This document shows, in pieces, positions 29,833 to 41,039 of a stretch of 46,624 nucleotides of DNA. Made by a program: the position numbers and the translations under genes. This DNA is from Macrostomum lignano. Taxonomy: Eukaryota. Where the stretch lies: assembly GCA_002269645.1 (NCBI GenBank), contig NIVC01000719.1, forward strand, positions 1 through 46,624. The letters are read 5' to 3'. The notes below the pieces were generated by a model that had not been told where the DNA came from, searched no databases, and was given only the letters and a program-made list of their open reading frames with translations. The stretch's first letter is position 1; the number at the start of each line of letters is the position of its first letter.

Positions 29833-32034
29833 CACACAAAGGTTAAGGACATTTAAAATGATTTAAGCATAAGTTTTAACATTCTAATAGTTATACTTAT
29901 ACAGCAATAATATTTTAATTTGAATATTAAATATTTAGATATACTGAACTGAATGGTAATCTATTTAGTATTCCACAATCTACACTGAGCAGCCTAGCTT
30001 AGAAAAATGTTAGGCCTACTTCTTGTTAAAAAGATTGCCTAATTTAACTTTCAAGGATGCATGCAAAACTTTTTGCACTGATGCAAAAATCAGACTATAC
30101 CACTCTACAGTGTACGCTAGGGAGTTATATCAATACCTGGTGCGCAGGGTCCCGCCCCTCCTGGTCAATGCTGCAAACTGCTGACAGTGCTGTTATAGAC
30201 AGGCCTGTGTGGTCGTGTAATCGTTACGCCTGTGTAATCGTTAGAAGTACTGATTATTTCCTTTTTTGCTAGAAAAAGGAGTCAATGAGTGCCGGTCGTG
30301 CCGGTATTTTAAATCGTTACTTCCTAGGCCCTGTGATACACAGCTATACCTGACTAGCTTACTAGCTACTACGACTCATAAATGAGTTAGTTATATGATA
30401 CATTATACGTGGTACTATATTATTTATACGTCGACGAGATTTAAGAACAATAAATTTAATTAACGTCAACATGCAAAGTTGAACAAAGTGTTTTGTCATA
30501 ATGAATTTTTAAGCTGACAAAATAATTACTTATACATTTATATTTAAGTTAGTTGTGCGTGACTTTTTTGATAAATTTTTAAATCAAAATTCTACCCTTA
30601 CGAATCACCGGTATATGTAGCTGTCGTCGTACATGTTGCCATGCAATTCATGTGACTCGTGTGCCACATGCGTCTTGTTATTGACGGATCCTTATGGATT
30701 TTTTGACCTTGTACTTGTTAGGAATAAGCTTAGTACAGGTTGCAAGCATAAAAATTTCTGGATCTGCGCATTGCGTGTCCCATCACAATTGATCCCTTTT
30801 CTTTTACAAGCTTTAACAAGATATTGTACAACATAAGTAAAAATACTGTTTTGCATTAATAGATAACCTGACCGACTAGCCAGTTAACTTTGAAAAATAA
30901 GGACGACTGAACTGAACTAACATCATTCCGAAAATTCTGGTTTCTTAATATAGAAAAATCGAAGGGATGATGAAGCATGGCCGGCTTGCGAAAAATAAAC
31001 ACTATGGAGATATCTAGGAAATTTTTAGAGTGGTAACACATCATAGTTTTTTATTGGAAGTAAGTAGAGAATATTCATCGATCTTTTAGTACTGTATATC
31101 TGGTCTGTTTATTGATCTCTGACATACATGTACATGTAATTAAATTAGCTACTCTCTCGATCAAGATGGCACCCGCGCGGCGAATGGGTTGCGCCTTCCC
31201 AAAGATGTGAACCCTTCCAATCAAAATTCTGACTACGCGCCTGATCGGCCTAGATTGTTTTTCGGCCAGAATAACCTTTCCTAGTCCTCTCAAAAGGTCC
31301 CCACATGCCCGCGGCCCAATTCTCCAAGGGCTACTGAATGTGTACTTCTTAACGCGGTTTTGCTTCAGGCTCAACACAAGTTTACAATTTGAAAGAAGAT
31401 CAAAGTTTGCTTTAAAACCTACTGTAACTTTCTTATCCAGTTTTCCTGAAATTAGTGGTTAAAAGAAAGTCTAAATATATACACAGTCCTGCACGTTGAA
31501 ATCTAGTCGAGAAGATCTGGTTTTGCCCCCCCCCCACCTCGATCAAGTCACATGAGAGGCGTGAGGGTATACAGCTAAAATTTGGTTTTTACTGTGCACA
31601 GCTTGGCTCTCTCTCCCAATAAACTGAAACTTCAAGCCAATTATTCATTCCTACCCATGCAGCAGTGTGCAACAATCTATGAGCTAGGATATATTGCACG
31701 AACACACCCCCTGCACTGCAGCGCACACTGCATGCGCTTGTGTAGTTGCATGAGCGCAACTATAAGAGTTAACATTTTTGTACAGCCTACAAAAGCTGTA
31801 CAGCTCCGGTGTACACGCGGTCGAGTCGGCAGAGCTAGGACAGGCACTACAGAAATTCTTTCGCAGTAGCATTTGATAAGGCCGCGGACTGTCGACTGCA
31901 GCTATTTTATAAATGGTCAATCTCATACAGTATGTTATGCCAACGTTAGTTTTCTTGCCTAATCGCAGCGATAAAAGCTTACATTATTTCGTTTTTTCAC
32001 GACAACAATCGGCATTTGCTTTCGCATTTATTTG

Positions 32035-33947
32035 GTAAGTGCTTTCTTGAAATTGGCTTGGTGTGCACGCGGGTATGGATAATTTAGCCAAAAACCCAAT
32101 CGTACGATTGTAATTTATGAAAAATATGAACACGAGCGTATTAACAAGTCACTTTGGACCACGAGGCGCCCCTTCATCAAGATTTATGGCGAGAGTTTCT
32201 ATTTGATATAGAAAACTCGACTTAATTCAAATTTATTTGTAGACCTGTTGGATCTGTTAGATCTATCCGTTGGATCTGTCTGTTGGATCTTTCTGTTGGA
32301 TCTATCTGTTGGATCTATCCGTTGGATCTGTCTGTTGGATCTATCTGTTGGATCTATCTGTTGGATCTATCCGTTGGATCTTTCTGTTGGATCTATCTGT
32401 TGGATCTATCCGTTGGATCTATCTGTTGGATCTATCTGTTGGATCTATCCGTTGGATCTGTCTGTTGGATCTATCTGTTGGATCTATCTGTTGGATCTAT
32501 CCGTTGGATCTTTCTGTTGGATCTATCTGTTGGATCTATCCGTTGGATCTGTCTGTTGGATCTATCTGTTGGATCTATCCGTTGGATCTGTCTGTTGGAT
32601 CTATCTGTTGGATCTATCCGTTGGATCTATCCGTTGGATCTGTCTGTTGGATCTATCTGTTGGATCTATCCGTTGGATCTATCTGTTGGATCTATCCGTT
32701 GGATCTTTCTGTTGGATCTATCTGTTGGATCTATCCGTTGGATCTATCTGTTGGATCTATCTGTTGGATCTATCCGTTGGATCTTTCTGTTGGATCTATC
32801 TGTTGGATCTATCTGTTGGATCTATCTGTTGGATCTATCTGTTGGATCTTTCTGTTGGATCTATCTGTTGGATCTATCTGTTGGATCTATCCGTTGGATC
32901 TATCTGTTGGATCTATCTGTTGGATCTATCCGTTGGATCTTTCTGTTGGATCTTTCTGTTGGATCTATCTGTTGGATCTATCCGTTGGATCTTTCTGTTG
33001 GATCTATCTGTTGGATCTATCCGTTGGATCTTTCTGTTGGATCTATCTGTTGGATCTATCTGTTGGATCTATCTGTTGGATCTATCTGTTGGATCTATCC
33101 GTTGGATCTATCCGTTGGATCTTTCTGTTGGATCTATCTGTTGGATCTATCCGTTGGATCTTTCTGTTGGATCTGTCTGTTGGATCTATCTGTTGGATCT
33201 GTCTGTTGGATCTGTCTGTTGGATCTATCCGTTGGATCTATCTGTTGGATTCATCGGTAGATCCATCTGGTAAATCCATCTGTCGTCTATCTGTTAGATA
33301 TCTGTTAGATCTATCTGTTAGATATATGTTAGGTCTATCTGTTAGATATACGTTGGGTCTATCTGTTAGATATATGTTAGGTCTATCTGTTAGATATATG
33401 TTAGGTCTATCTGTTAGATATATGTTAGGTCTATCTGTTAGATATATATGCTAGATTTGTCTGCTAGATCGATCTGTTAGATCTGTTAGATACATCTGTT
33501 AGATCCATCTTTTTGAACAATGAATTGGAGTGAGTGGCTGTAGGCTGATTCTTTAAAATCTAAGTCTTACGAGCGTAAAACATTTCAATCTCAGCCACAT
33601 TAATCACCCTTAAGTTTACATTCGGTAAATTAAATGAAATTCGAATTCGCGCTAATGGGGACATTGTACTTACCTTTAAAATTAAAACAAGAAAATTATG
33701 GATAATTAAGCCGAGGTCCTGTGCTTGTAAGATGTTTCAGTGTATTTAACCAGCATTTAATTTAATTTGCCAAGCTAACGTCGCATGTTTGTGTACTTAC
33801 TAGAAAGACAATAACTATACCATTTTCTTGTTATTTACTGACCATGTAAGGAAATTCAACGTTACATTCTTAGGAAATACAAAATTCTTAGTGGAATTTT
33901 ACTCTACTGATAGCCAAGCAAAGAGCTCGTGACTTTTCTTTTTATAG
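32035..33947 (+). other. Putative 5'UTR intron of the PDPR-like gene
   Basis: Consensus donor G|GTAAGT at 32035 and pyrimidine-rich acceptor TTTTCTTTTTATAG ending at 33947, 147 nt before the ATG. Confidence 0.5.
32244..33510. repeat. 13-bp minisatellite (GTTGGATCTATCT), grading into GTTAGAT(A/C)TAT(G/C)T variants
   Basis: Directly visible. Confidence 0.97.
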
Positions 33948-34094
33948 ATAACCTGCAACCAACCCGGCCTGTCTACCTCTATCTAACCATTGACAGATTG
34001 CAGCGCTTGATTGGGTCCAGCCAAAATCTGCAACACCAAACGAAGACGGACGTACGAATCGCGCTCGGTAGTACAAGCTACTTGAAATCGAAAG

Positions 34095-36476
34095 ATGCTG
34101 CGCGCAATCTGCAGCCGTCGGCTGCCACCAGCAGCTCGGCGATGGTCCGCGGTGACCTCTCAGGCTCGCTTCGTCGGCAGCAGGCCGGCTGAGCCAAGCC
34201 TGTCAGTTATTGACTCGGCTCAGGTGGTGGTCTGCGGAGCCGGCGTCACAGGCTGTTCTATCGCCTACCACCTGACCGAGCTGGGCTGCAAGAGTGTGCT
34301 CCTGCTTGAGCAGGGCGCCAGCGTTGGCTGCGGCACCACTTGGCATTCGGTCGGCCTGATCTCCCAGCTGCGCCAGTTCGAAGCTCTTACCCAGCTGGCC
34401 AAACAGACGGTGCAAACCTGCAAACAGCTGGACGACAAGGGCTTCCCGTCCGGCTTTGTGAACTACGGCAGCCTGTCGTTGGCCGAGAGCTCGGCAACGA
34501 TGCACTCGCTCGAGCGGCTCAAGGCGATGGGCGACGCGCACAAAATTGAGAGCCACCTGCTGGGTCCAAGCGAGATCCAGCGACTCGTGCCTTCGTCGCT
34601 GATGCTCACGGACGATCTTATCGGTGCTCTGTACACGCCAAGCGACGGCGCCCTGAGCAGCCCGATGGACCTGACCAACGCCTACCTGTCTGCGGCCAAG
34701 GCCAAAGGAGCCGAAATTCGACTGGGCACCCACGTCCGTCGCGTTCACCTCAACATGGACGGCCGCGTCGCCTCGGTTGAGACGCCGAAGGGCCTCATCG
34801 AGTGCGAGGCGTTCGTCAATGCGGCCGGCCAGTGGGCTCGGCAGCTGGGCAGGCGCTGCACCGAGCGAGTTCGAATTCCACTGGGCAGCTGCGAGCACTT
34901 CGCCATGTTCACCCAGCCGGCTGAGGACGATTCCATCACTAAGGCCTTCCCAGTGGTGCGGAACAACGAACGCCTATTCTACGTTCGCGAATGGCAAGGC
35001 GGCCTGTGCGTTGGTGGATTCGAGCCGACAGGCAAAGTTGTGTTTCCAACTGGCGTACCGCCGAACTTCGAGAACCAACTGCTACCAGAGGACAACAAAC
35101 AGTTCGAGCCAATTGTCCGCGGCGCCAACCATCGATTTCCGATGCTATCGAAGCTCGGGGTCCGATCCAGCATCAACGGACCCGAGACGTTCACGCCGGA
35201 TGCTCAACCAATCTTCGGCGAGGTGCCCGACATACCTGGCTATTTTGTGGCGGCCGGGCTCAACTCGGTCGGCATCAGCCTGTCCGGCGGTCTGGGCGCC
35301 TCCATGGCTGAGCTGGTGATGAACGGAAAGACTCAAGTCGACACAACTTCAATCGACGTTCGCCGGTTCGTGCCGCAGCACACGGACCATCCGGCTTTCA
35401 TCGTCAACCGACTGCCCGAGTCGTACAACGCGCTGATCAACCCTGGGCCGAAGAACCAGTTCAACACAGGCCGCCAGCTGATTGTCTCCGCGCTGCACGA
35501 GGCGCAAAGGGAGCACGGGGCTGTGCTGGAGCAGACGCAGAACGGCTACGAGCACCCGGTGTTTTACGACCATCCGCAGTCCCAAAACCAGATGCAGGCC
35601 AGCTGGCGCTCGTACGGCCGGCCGTTCTGGATCGACTTCGCCTCGGCTGAGTACCGCAAGATCCAGCGGATGAAGACCATCTACGACAACAGCTCGGCTA
35701 CGCAGATCCGCATCACGGCACACACGCCAGACGATCTGGAGGCTTTCCTGTCGTCCGTGTTCAACCGTACACGCTTCGAGTCCGGCTTGTCGCGCCTGCC
35801 ATCCGGAGACTTCGTCACCATGTCGTCCAGGGACGGCCAGTCCCTTGAACTCTTCGGCCGTCTTGTCAAACAGACGGAACGCTCGGCAATCTTTCTTTCG
35901 TCCGGAGTCGCTCAGACGCGCGCCGTCTCCCTCTTGAACGAGAAGGCGGCAGACGAAACTGTGGCCATCACGGACATCAGCATCAACTACTGCCTGTTGC
36001 ACCTGCCCCGGGCCGTTCACTACGGCGAATTCCCGCGACTACCCTCGGATCCGTTCACCTTCGCTGACGAGACGGACGTATTCGTCCTGGCCCAGGCCGG
36101 CAACGCTCCGTCAGTGTTTCGCTATCTGAACCACGCCCAGGGCTTCGTCCCGATCGGCTACTACGCTATGCGGATGTTCCGGCTGAGCGAACGCCGTCCG
36201 GAGTTTGCCGAGGATTTCCATTGCCGCCTGAGCCCCCGCCAGCTGGCCAACTTGGGCAAGTTCGCCCTGCCCAGCCTCAATCCGGCCAGCGACTACTGGA
36301 TCTGGGGCGGCGAGCCGCTCTTCCGCAACGGCGAAGCGGTCGGCACGGTTCTGTGCAGCTCCTACGATCCGAGTCGCGACAAGATCATCGGCTACTTCGC
36401 TCCGCCAGAAGGCGCAGCCCTGGATGGCATCGCGGTGCGCGCCGGCAGTCAGGAGCACCCGCTGCAACTGCTCTGA
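34095..36476 (+). CDS. PDPR: Mitochondrial FAD-dependent oxidoreductase/GcvT-family protein, most like pyruvate dehydrogenase phosphatase regulatory subunit (PDPR; DMGDH/SARDH family)
   Basis: Arg-rich presequence and FAD motif VVVCGAGVTGCSIAYHL. IECEAFVNAAGQWARQLG...IPLGSCEHF resembles PDPR. Also NGPETFTPD and a diverged GcvT-like C-terminal half. Family assignment is strong; orthology is less certain. Confidence 0.72.
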   Translation: MLRAICSRRLPPAARRWSAVTSQARFVGSRPAEPSLSVIDSAQVVVCGAGVTGCSIAYHLTELGCKSVLLLEQGASVGCGTTWHSVGLISQLRQFEALTQLAKQTVQTCKQLDDKGFPSGFVNYGSLSLAESSATMHSLERLKAMGDAHKIESHLLGPSEIQRLVPSSLMLTDDLIGALYTPSDGALSSPMDLTNAYLSAAKAKGAEIRLGTHVRRVHLNMDGRVASVETPKGLIECEAFVNAAGQWARQLGRRCTERVRIPLGSCEHFAMFTQPAEDDSITKAFPVVRNNERLFYVREWQGGLCVGGFEPTGKVVFPTGVPPNFENQLLPEDNKQFEPIVRGANHRFPMLSKLGVRSSINGPETFTPDAQPIFGEVPDIPGYFVAAGLNSVGISLSGGLGASMAELVMNGKTQVDTTSIDVRRFVPQHTDHPAFIVNRLPESYNALINPGPKNQFNTGRQLIVSALHEAQREHGAVLEQTQNGYEHPVFYDHPQSQNQMQASWRSYGRPFWIDFASAEYRKIQRMKTIYDNSSATQIRITAHTPDDLEAFLSSVFNRTRFESGLSRLPSGDFVTMSSRDGQSLELFGRLVKQTERSAIFLSSGVAQTRAVSLLNEKAADETVAITDISINYCLLHLPRAVHYGEFPRLPSDPFTFADETDVFVLAQAGNAPSVFRYLNHAQGFVPIGYYAMRMFRLSERRPEFAEDFHCRLSPRQLANLGKFALPSLNPASDYWIWGGEPLFRNGEAVGTVLCSSYDPSRDKIIGYFAPPEGAALDGIAVRAGSQEHPLQLL

Positions 36477-39314
36477 TGCTCTCGACTGCAGCGTGTCCCC
36501 CATCTTGTCATAGAAACTGTTACAAGCTGCTAACCAGACAGAGTCCTGCATGTATGCAGGGTTCCAACACTGGCTGCGACACAGTCTATTTATAAAACTC
36601 ATGCAAATACAAATAACTACTGATTGAACGCTCGGATCGCATAGAAATCTGCGTTATTTTCCATTCCGCGTATTCGATGCGAAATCCGTTAAACAATGTC
36701 AGGAGTTCTTTTTTCGTAGCTAAATACATTTTACAAAGGTCATTTTGGAAGACACCCACCAAAACGAAGATGAGGTAGCGACGAGAGAAAGCCGTAGGGA
36801 GGGGGAGGTGGTTTGCTCAGTGAAACTCAACTCGGGGCCTCATCGATATACTCCAAAACGGTTTGGAGATGGGAGAATTCTCCCCAATTTTTCAATTATT
36901 TAAAGGATCATGCGGCAGGCTTCATAATTAGCTCGATCGCACCGTGTTTGCCTTGGCTATTGACGTCCTCGGGGGGGAAAGGGGTCGGCAGAGAAAGGGA
37001 TAAGCATGCAGATTCTGGGAAGCCATGGGGGACTGCGCTGGCTCTCTAGCAGTAACTGGCCAACTTCAAGAGCCTCTTCAAGAGCTCCGCCCCGCGGCTA
37101 GGTCGCAGCCGCACATCATTTGACGACTCTCCGGACGCCGCGGAAGTTTGGGTGCGGCGCCAGCTGCTGCTCTGAGTGGCACCTTCCTCGCTTGAAGCTG
37201 GGAACTGGCTATCCTTCGCAGCGCGACCTCTCGCCTCTTCCCATTCTGCAGAGCTTCTGCTGATTAGCGAGAGAGAGAGAGAGCGGAGACGGGACTGGTT
37301 ATGAAGGATGGGAAAATGGGAAAATCGGAGAGCAGGGAGAGAGTCGATCCATTCCAGGGGGGAAGGTGCCACAGCTGCGGGAGGCGCGCAGTCAGTCAGT
37401 CAGATCATGTCTTTCTGCAAACTTTGAGTGACGCGCCTTCAGTGAAACTGAGATCGGAGGTGCCGTCGGAGATGGAGGAAGGAAGGCGAGTAGGAAGGAT
37501 CGGGGGCTGGATGCTGCAAGGAAGACACGGCGATGAGGATTACCGGGGGTATTGAGACCGGGAAGACTGTCAACAAGCGGGGAGAGGCTTGCAATGCAGG
37601 GTTGCAGAGTAAAATTCAATAGTAAAAGTCAAATAGGCAATTGACACGCCAAGTCTTGACAGGCTGAGTGAAACAAAAGAATATTAAAGATGTTGAGAAA
37701 TAACTTTAGAGAACTGGATTGACTTGTTGACGCATGCGCTCAGTTGAGAACAATAATGAGCTCTACTAGGAGAAGATAAAGAGACAGATGTATAGAGAGT
37801 CGGTTCTTAGATCTACATAGTTGATATAAGAAGCAGAGTAAAGCAGAATGACAAGTGCTCGGATGAAGGACCTGGGGGGCAGCGCATTGGCAATGAGCTG
37901 CTGGGCTCAATGAGATGGCACACGAAATGAGATATGCGTCGGAGAGTGGGAGAGAGATCGAGAGAGGGGACTCGGGGAGGGGAAGAAAGCCGCTTGGTGC
38001 TCACAACTTTGCTAAGCGGTGGGAGCGGCACCCCACAGACTGATGGCTCTGGGGGTATACTGGGTGTTTGCCCAGAACTGGAACATGACCAGAGCATCAA
38101 CAGCTGAAACACGGCCCTCCATCAATCACTCTCTCTCTCTCTCTTGTCCAGATCAGCCGCTTTATGCACAAAGTTTGCTATCAGCCCCGGAGAGCTCGTG
38201 GCGCCCTCCTCCTCCAGGAAATGAGGACACTCGAGCACCGCTTCAAGCTCATCTCCTTTGCAATTTCCTGGACCAGTGGCCACTTCCCTCCGCGCGCTGA
38301 CTTTGATCTCCGCAGCCAGTCAGGGCTAGCGCAAACAGCGGCCGCGGTGGCGGCGGCTGTGGATCCGATGTTGCCGCTCGCCTCTTTGGCCAGATGTCGT
38401 TGGGGTCAACCGCATGCATCACTCCTATAAGCCTCAGATTCATTTCATCTACCAGCAAGCAGTGAGCTCCGATTGCTGCAGTGCATGAGCTGATTGCTCA
38501 CAACAATTTTTTTCAATAGCATTCATTAGGTTGCGCGTGAAATCTTGCAATCATCAAAGGAAAATAATCGGCATCTGATGATGCTGAGAACAGACCCCGG
38601 AAGTCTAAATTCCCCCCTAATGACGGTATATTGTGACTGGCTTGGGGTTGGTGGCGGGGTGGGTCGCAGTGTGAAAGATAGATAGATTTTACACCTATGG
38701 AAAGTGGCAGGCGGCGCGCTTGCTGGCCAAAAGAAAGCGCCAAGCAATTTTGATACGCGAGACGGGAACTGGTGTTAGGGCAATAATATAAGGTTCCGCT
38801 TCTAACAGACAGGATGCGGGTGCTGAGAGCGAGGTTTTGCATGACAATGGCCCTGCCATGAGCAGCTCTGGCGGCGGCGCTAGGTGTGAGTGTGTGTTAG
38901 CGAGCGTGTGTGTGTGTGAGCCGCAGGAACGACGGGAAGATGCTGCCATGTTGGCGGAAGATGGCGCATGACTGTGCCTGCTGATGGGGCAGGGTGAAGA
39001 GAGGCAGCTGTGGGGGGGGGGCTGGCATTCCAGACTAAGCGCGGGCAGAGTCAACGCAACTCAAAGCGGAGCTCAGGCCAGCCAATGGGAGCTCATCCGT
39101 GCTCTCCACCTCATCTCCCTCATCTCCCCTCATCCTCAATCAACTTTCTCTTGATCCTCTTCCATTCGCATCTGGAAAGGAGGAAGGGGAGTTGTCCAGC
39201 CGGGGCGAGTCGGGATAAACTGGACGGGAGATTTCGGATCTCCGACTCTCCATTTCACTGATGCGACACCGACGAGCGCTCTCTGCCTGAGACCTGAACT
39301 GACAATATCTGGCG

Positions 39315-39332
39315 ATGGACCCGGCTACTCAG
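39315..39332 (+). CDS. Putative first coding micro-exon (MDPATQ) of the EVI1-like gene
   Basis: ATG preceded by an in-frame TGA. Donor CAG|gtagga splices in phase 0 to acceptor ctcgcag| at 39725, which has a CTGAC branch motif. Confidence 0.5.
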
Positions 39333-39725
39333 GTAGGAGCTGCATTGCTTGCCCACTCCGATACAGCTGATACAGCTGCGGAATGAAAAAACCCGTTACT
39401 AACGTCACCGTGAAACTTGACACCGTAACTAACTGCTCACCTCGCTAGCACTGGGGAAGATGAGATCGGATTACTCAAGAACCCCCCCTACAACCTTTGC
39501 AAAAGTCAGATCTTCCATATGCACGGATCCTCAGCAGATGGCTGCTCCTCGCTCAGCCAGAACGGGCCATCGGGCTTGAAAAATTTCTTTTCCAAGAGTT
39601 TCAAGTTTTTTCTCTCGAATTCAAACTTCTCCCTTTAACAAGTTGAGCTGCAGTTATAATCCTTTGCCTGCTGTAATTTAAAACCCATAGCTTCCAGCAT
39701 TGGTTATAAAACTGACAGCTCGCAG

Positions 39726-40808
39726 ACAGGAGAAACCTTCACCACCGCACCCCCCCCCCCGACCTTGAATGCTGCGATAGCCGGCAGCAGAAAACACATT
39801 AAACCAAACTCAATGATTGAAACATCCGCTGCTCAATCGCAGGCCGCTGCCGAAGCTGCTGCAGGACTTCAGCAGCAGCCGGTCAGGAAGCTGAGCAATC
39901 ATTCTATTGAACGCCTCATCATGCGCAGTCCGTCAGCCGCTGGGCTGCAACGTCCTTCGGCTCCGAACGCGGCCTTCGCAGCCGCCGCAGCCGCCGCAGC
40001 CGCAGCCTCCTGGGACCCGTGGCGCTTCGCTCTTGGCGCAGCGATGCGGCGTCTGCTGGCCGCTCCGCTTCCGCCGCCTCCACGGCCGCCACTTCCGCCA
40101 CCGCCGCCGCCGCCGCCGCCTACGCAGCCGCTTCAGCCGCCCCTTCTGGCTGGCAAACCGACTGGCGAACTGGAGCATCAGCAGCGAATTCGACCGGCAG
40201 TCAGCGAATTCGGCCGACTCCTCTGCTGCGGAGGCTTCAACGCAGCTCACCCGCCGTCACAGCCGCCGCCACCGCCCCAGTCGTCAGGCGGTCGCTTGGC
40301 TCCCAGCCGAGATCCCAGCCTGCTGCAGCAGCGTCTCCGCCTCGCCCAGCTGCGCGACCGTAGCAGCGGCGGTGGCGGTCATCAGCATCGCCGGATTCAT
40401 CATCATCATCATCAGGCTCTACAGAACCAGCTGCTGCACCGTCAGCAGCAGCAAAAACAGCAGCAGCAGCAGCAGCACCTGCCACCGCCGCCGCCGCCGC
40501 CGCCGCCCCCACATGTCCCTGGCGTCCGCTCATCGCCAGCGTCCAAGTATTCTTGTCGGTGGTGCGGCAAGAGTTTCCCCAGATCGGCCAACCTGACCCG
40601 GCACCTCCGGGTGCACACTGGTGAGCAGCCCTACCAGTGCAGCCTGTGCGCCAGGGCCTTCAGCATCAGCAGCAACCTGCAGCGCCATCTGCGCAACATT
40701 CACCGAGGCGAAAAGCCGCACCAGTGCCCGACCTGCTTGCAAGGCTTCAGCCAGCGAGCCAACTTGGACAGGCACATGCGGCTGCACCAGGTGCACAGGC
40801 AGCGCTGA
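39726..40808 (+). CDS. EVI1/MECOM-PRDM16-Hamlet/EGL-43-type C2H2 zinc-finger protein with only the C-terminal 3-finger cluster
   Basis: [24 protein letters not shown]...[18 protein letters not shown]...NLDRHM closely matches EVI1 fingers 8-10. Poly-P, -Q, -H and -A tracts upstream. Confidence 0.88.
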   Translation, partial: TGETFTTAPPPPTLNAAIAGSRKHIKPNSMIETSAAQSQAAAEAAAGLQQQPVRKLSNHSIERLIMRSPSAAGLQRPSAPNAAFAAAAAAAAAASWDPWRFALGAAMRRLLAAPLPPPPRPPLPPPPPPPPPTQPLQPPLLAGKPTGELEHQQRIRPAVSEFGRLLCCGGFNAAHPPSQPPPPPQSSGGRLAPSRDPSLLQQRLRLAQLRDRSSGGGGHQHRRIHHHHHQALQNQLLHRQQQQKQQQQQQHLPPPPPPPPPPHVPGVRSSPASKYSCRWCGKSFPRSANLTRHLRVHTGEQPYQCSLCARAFSISSNLQRHLRNIHRGEKPHQCPTCLQGFSQRANLDRHMRLHQVHRQR

Positions 40809-41039
40809 CTGAATTCAATTACTAAATGCGAAATTTCTGCTATTGTAATCGCAATAATAGTGCTAACGGCTATATTAAAATATGATTAAATTAGTAATCG
40901 CACATTATTAAAATACAAATAGTATAATTGATGATATGCTGGAAATTTTTTAACAAGTCTAAGTGAGTATTATGGTTACTCTTAACTGTGCAACAGTTGC
41001 ATTGGAATGCTCAGCAATTGGCCTTCCTTGCTCTCAGCT

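Noticed and set aside
30290-30332. hAT-like terminal inverted repeat (reverse complement CAGGGCCTAGGAAGTAAC)
   Set aside because: No matching partner end or TSD found in the window.
31075-31377. ORF with QPIRR repeats as a gene
   Set aside because: Short, non-ATG start and no domain. The repeated words are CCAAT-like DNA motifs, more consistent with regulatory or TE sequence.
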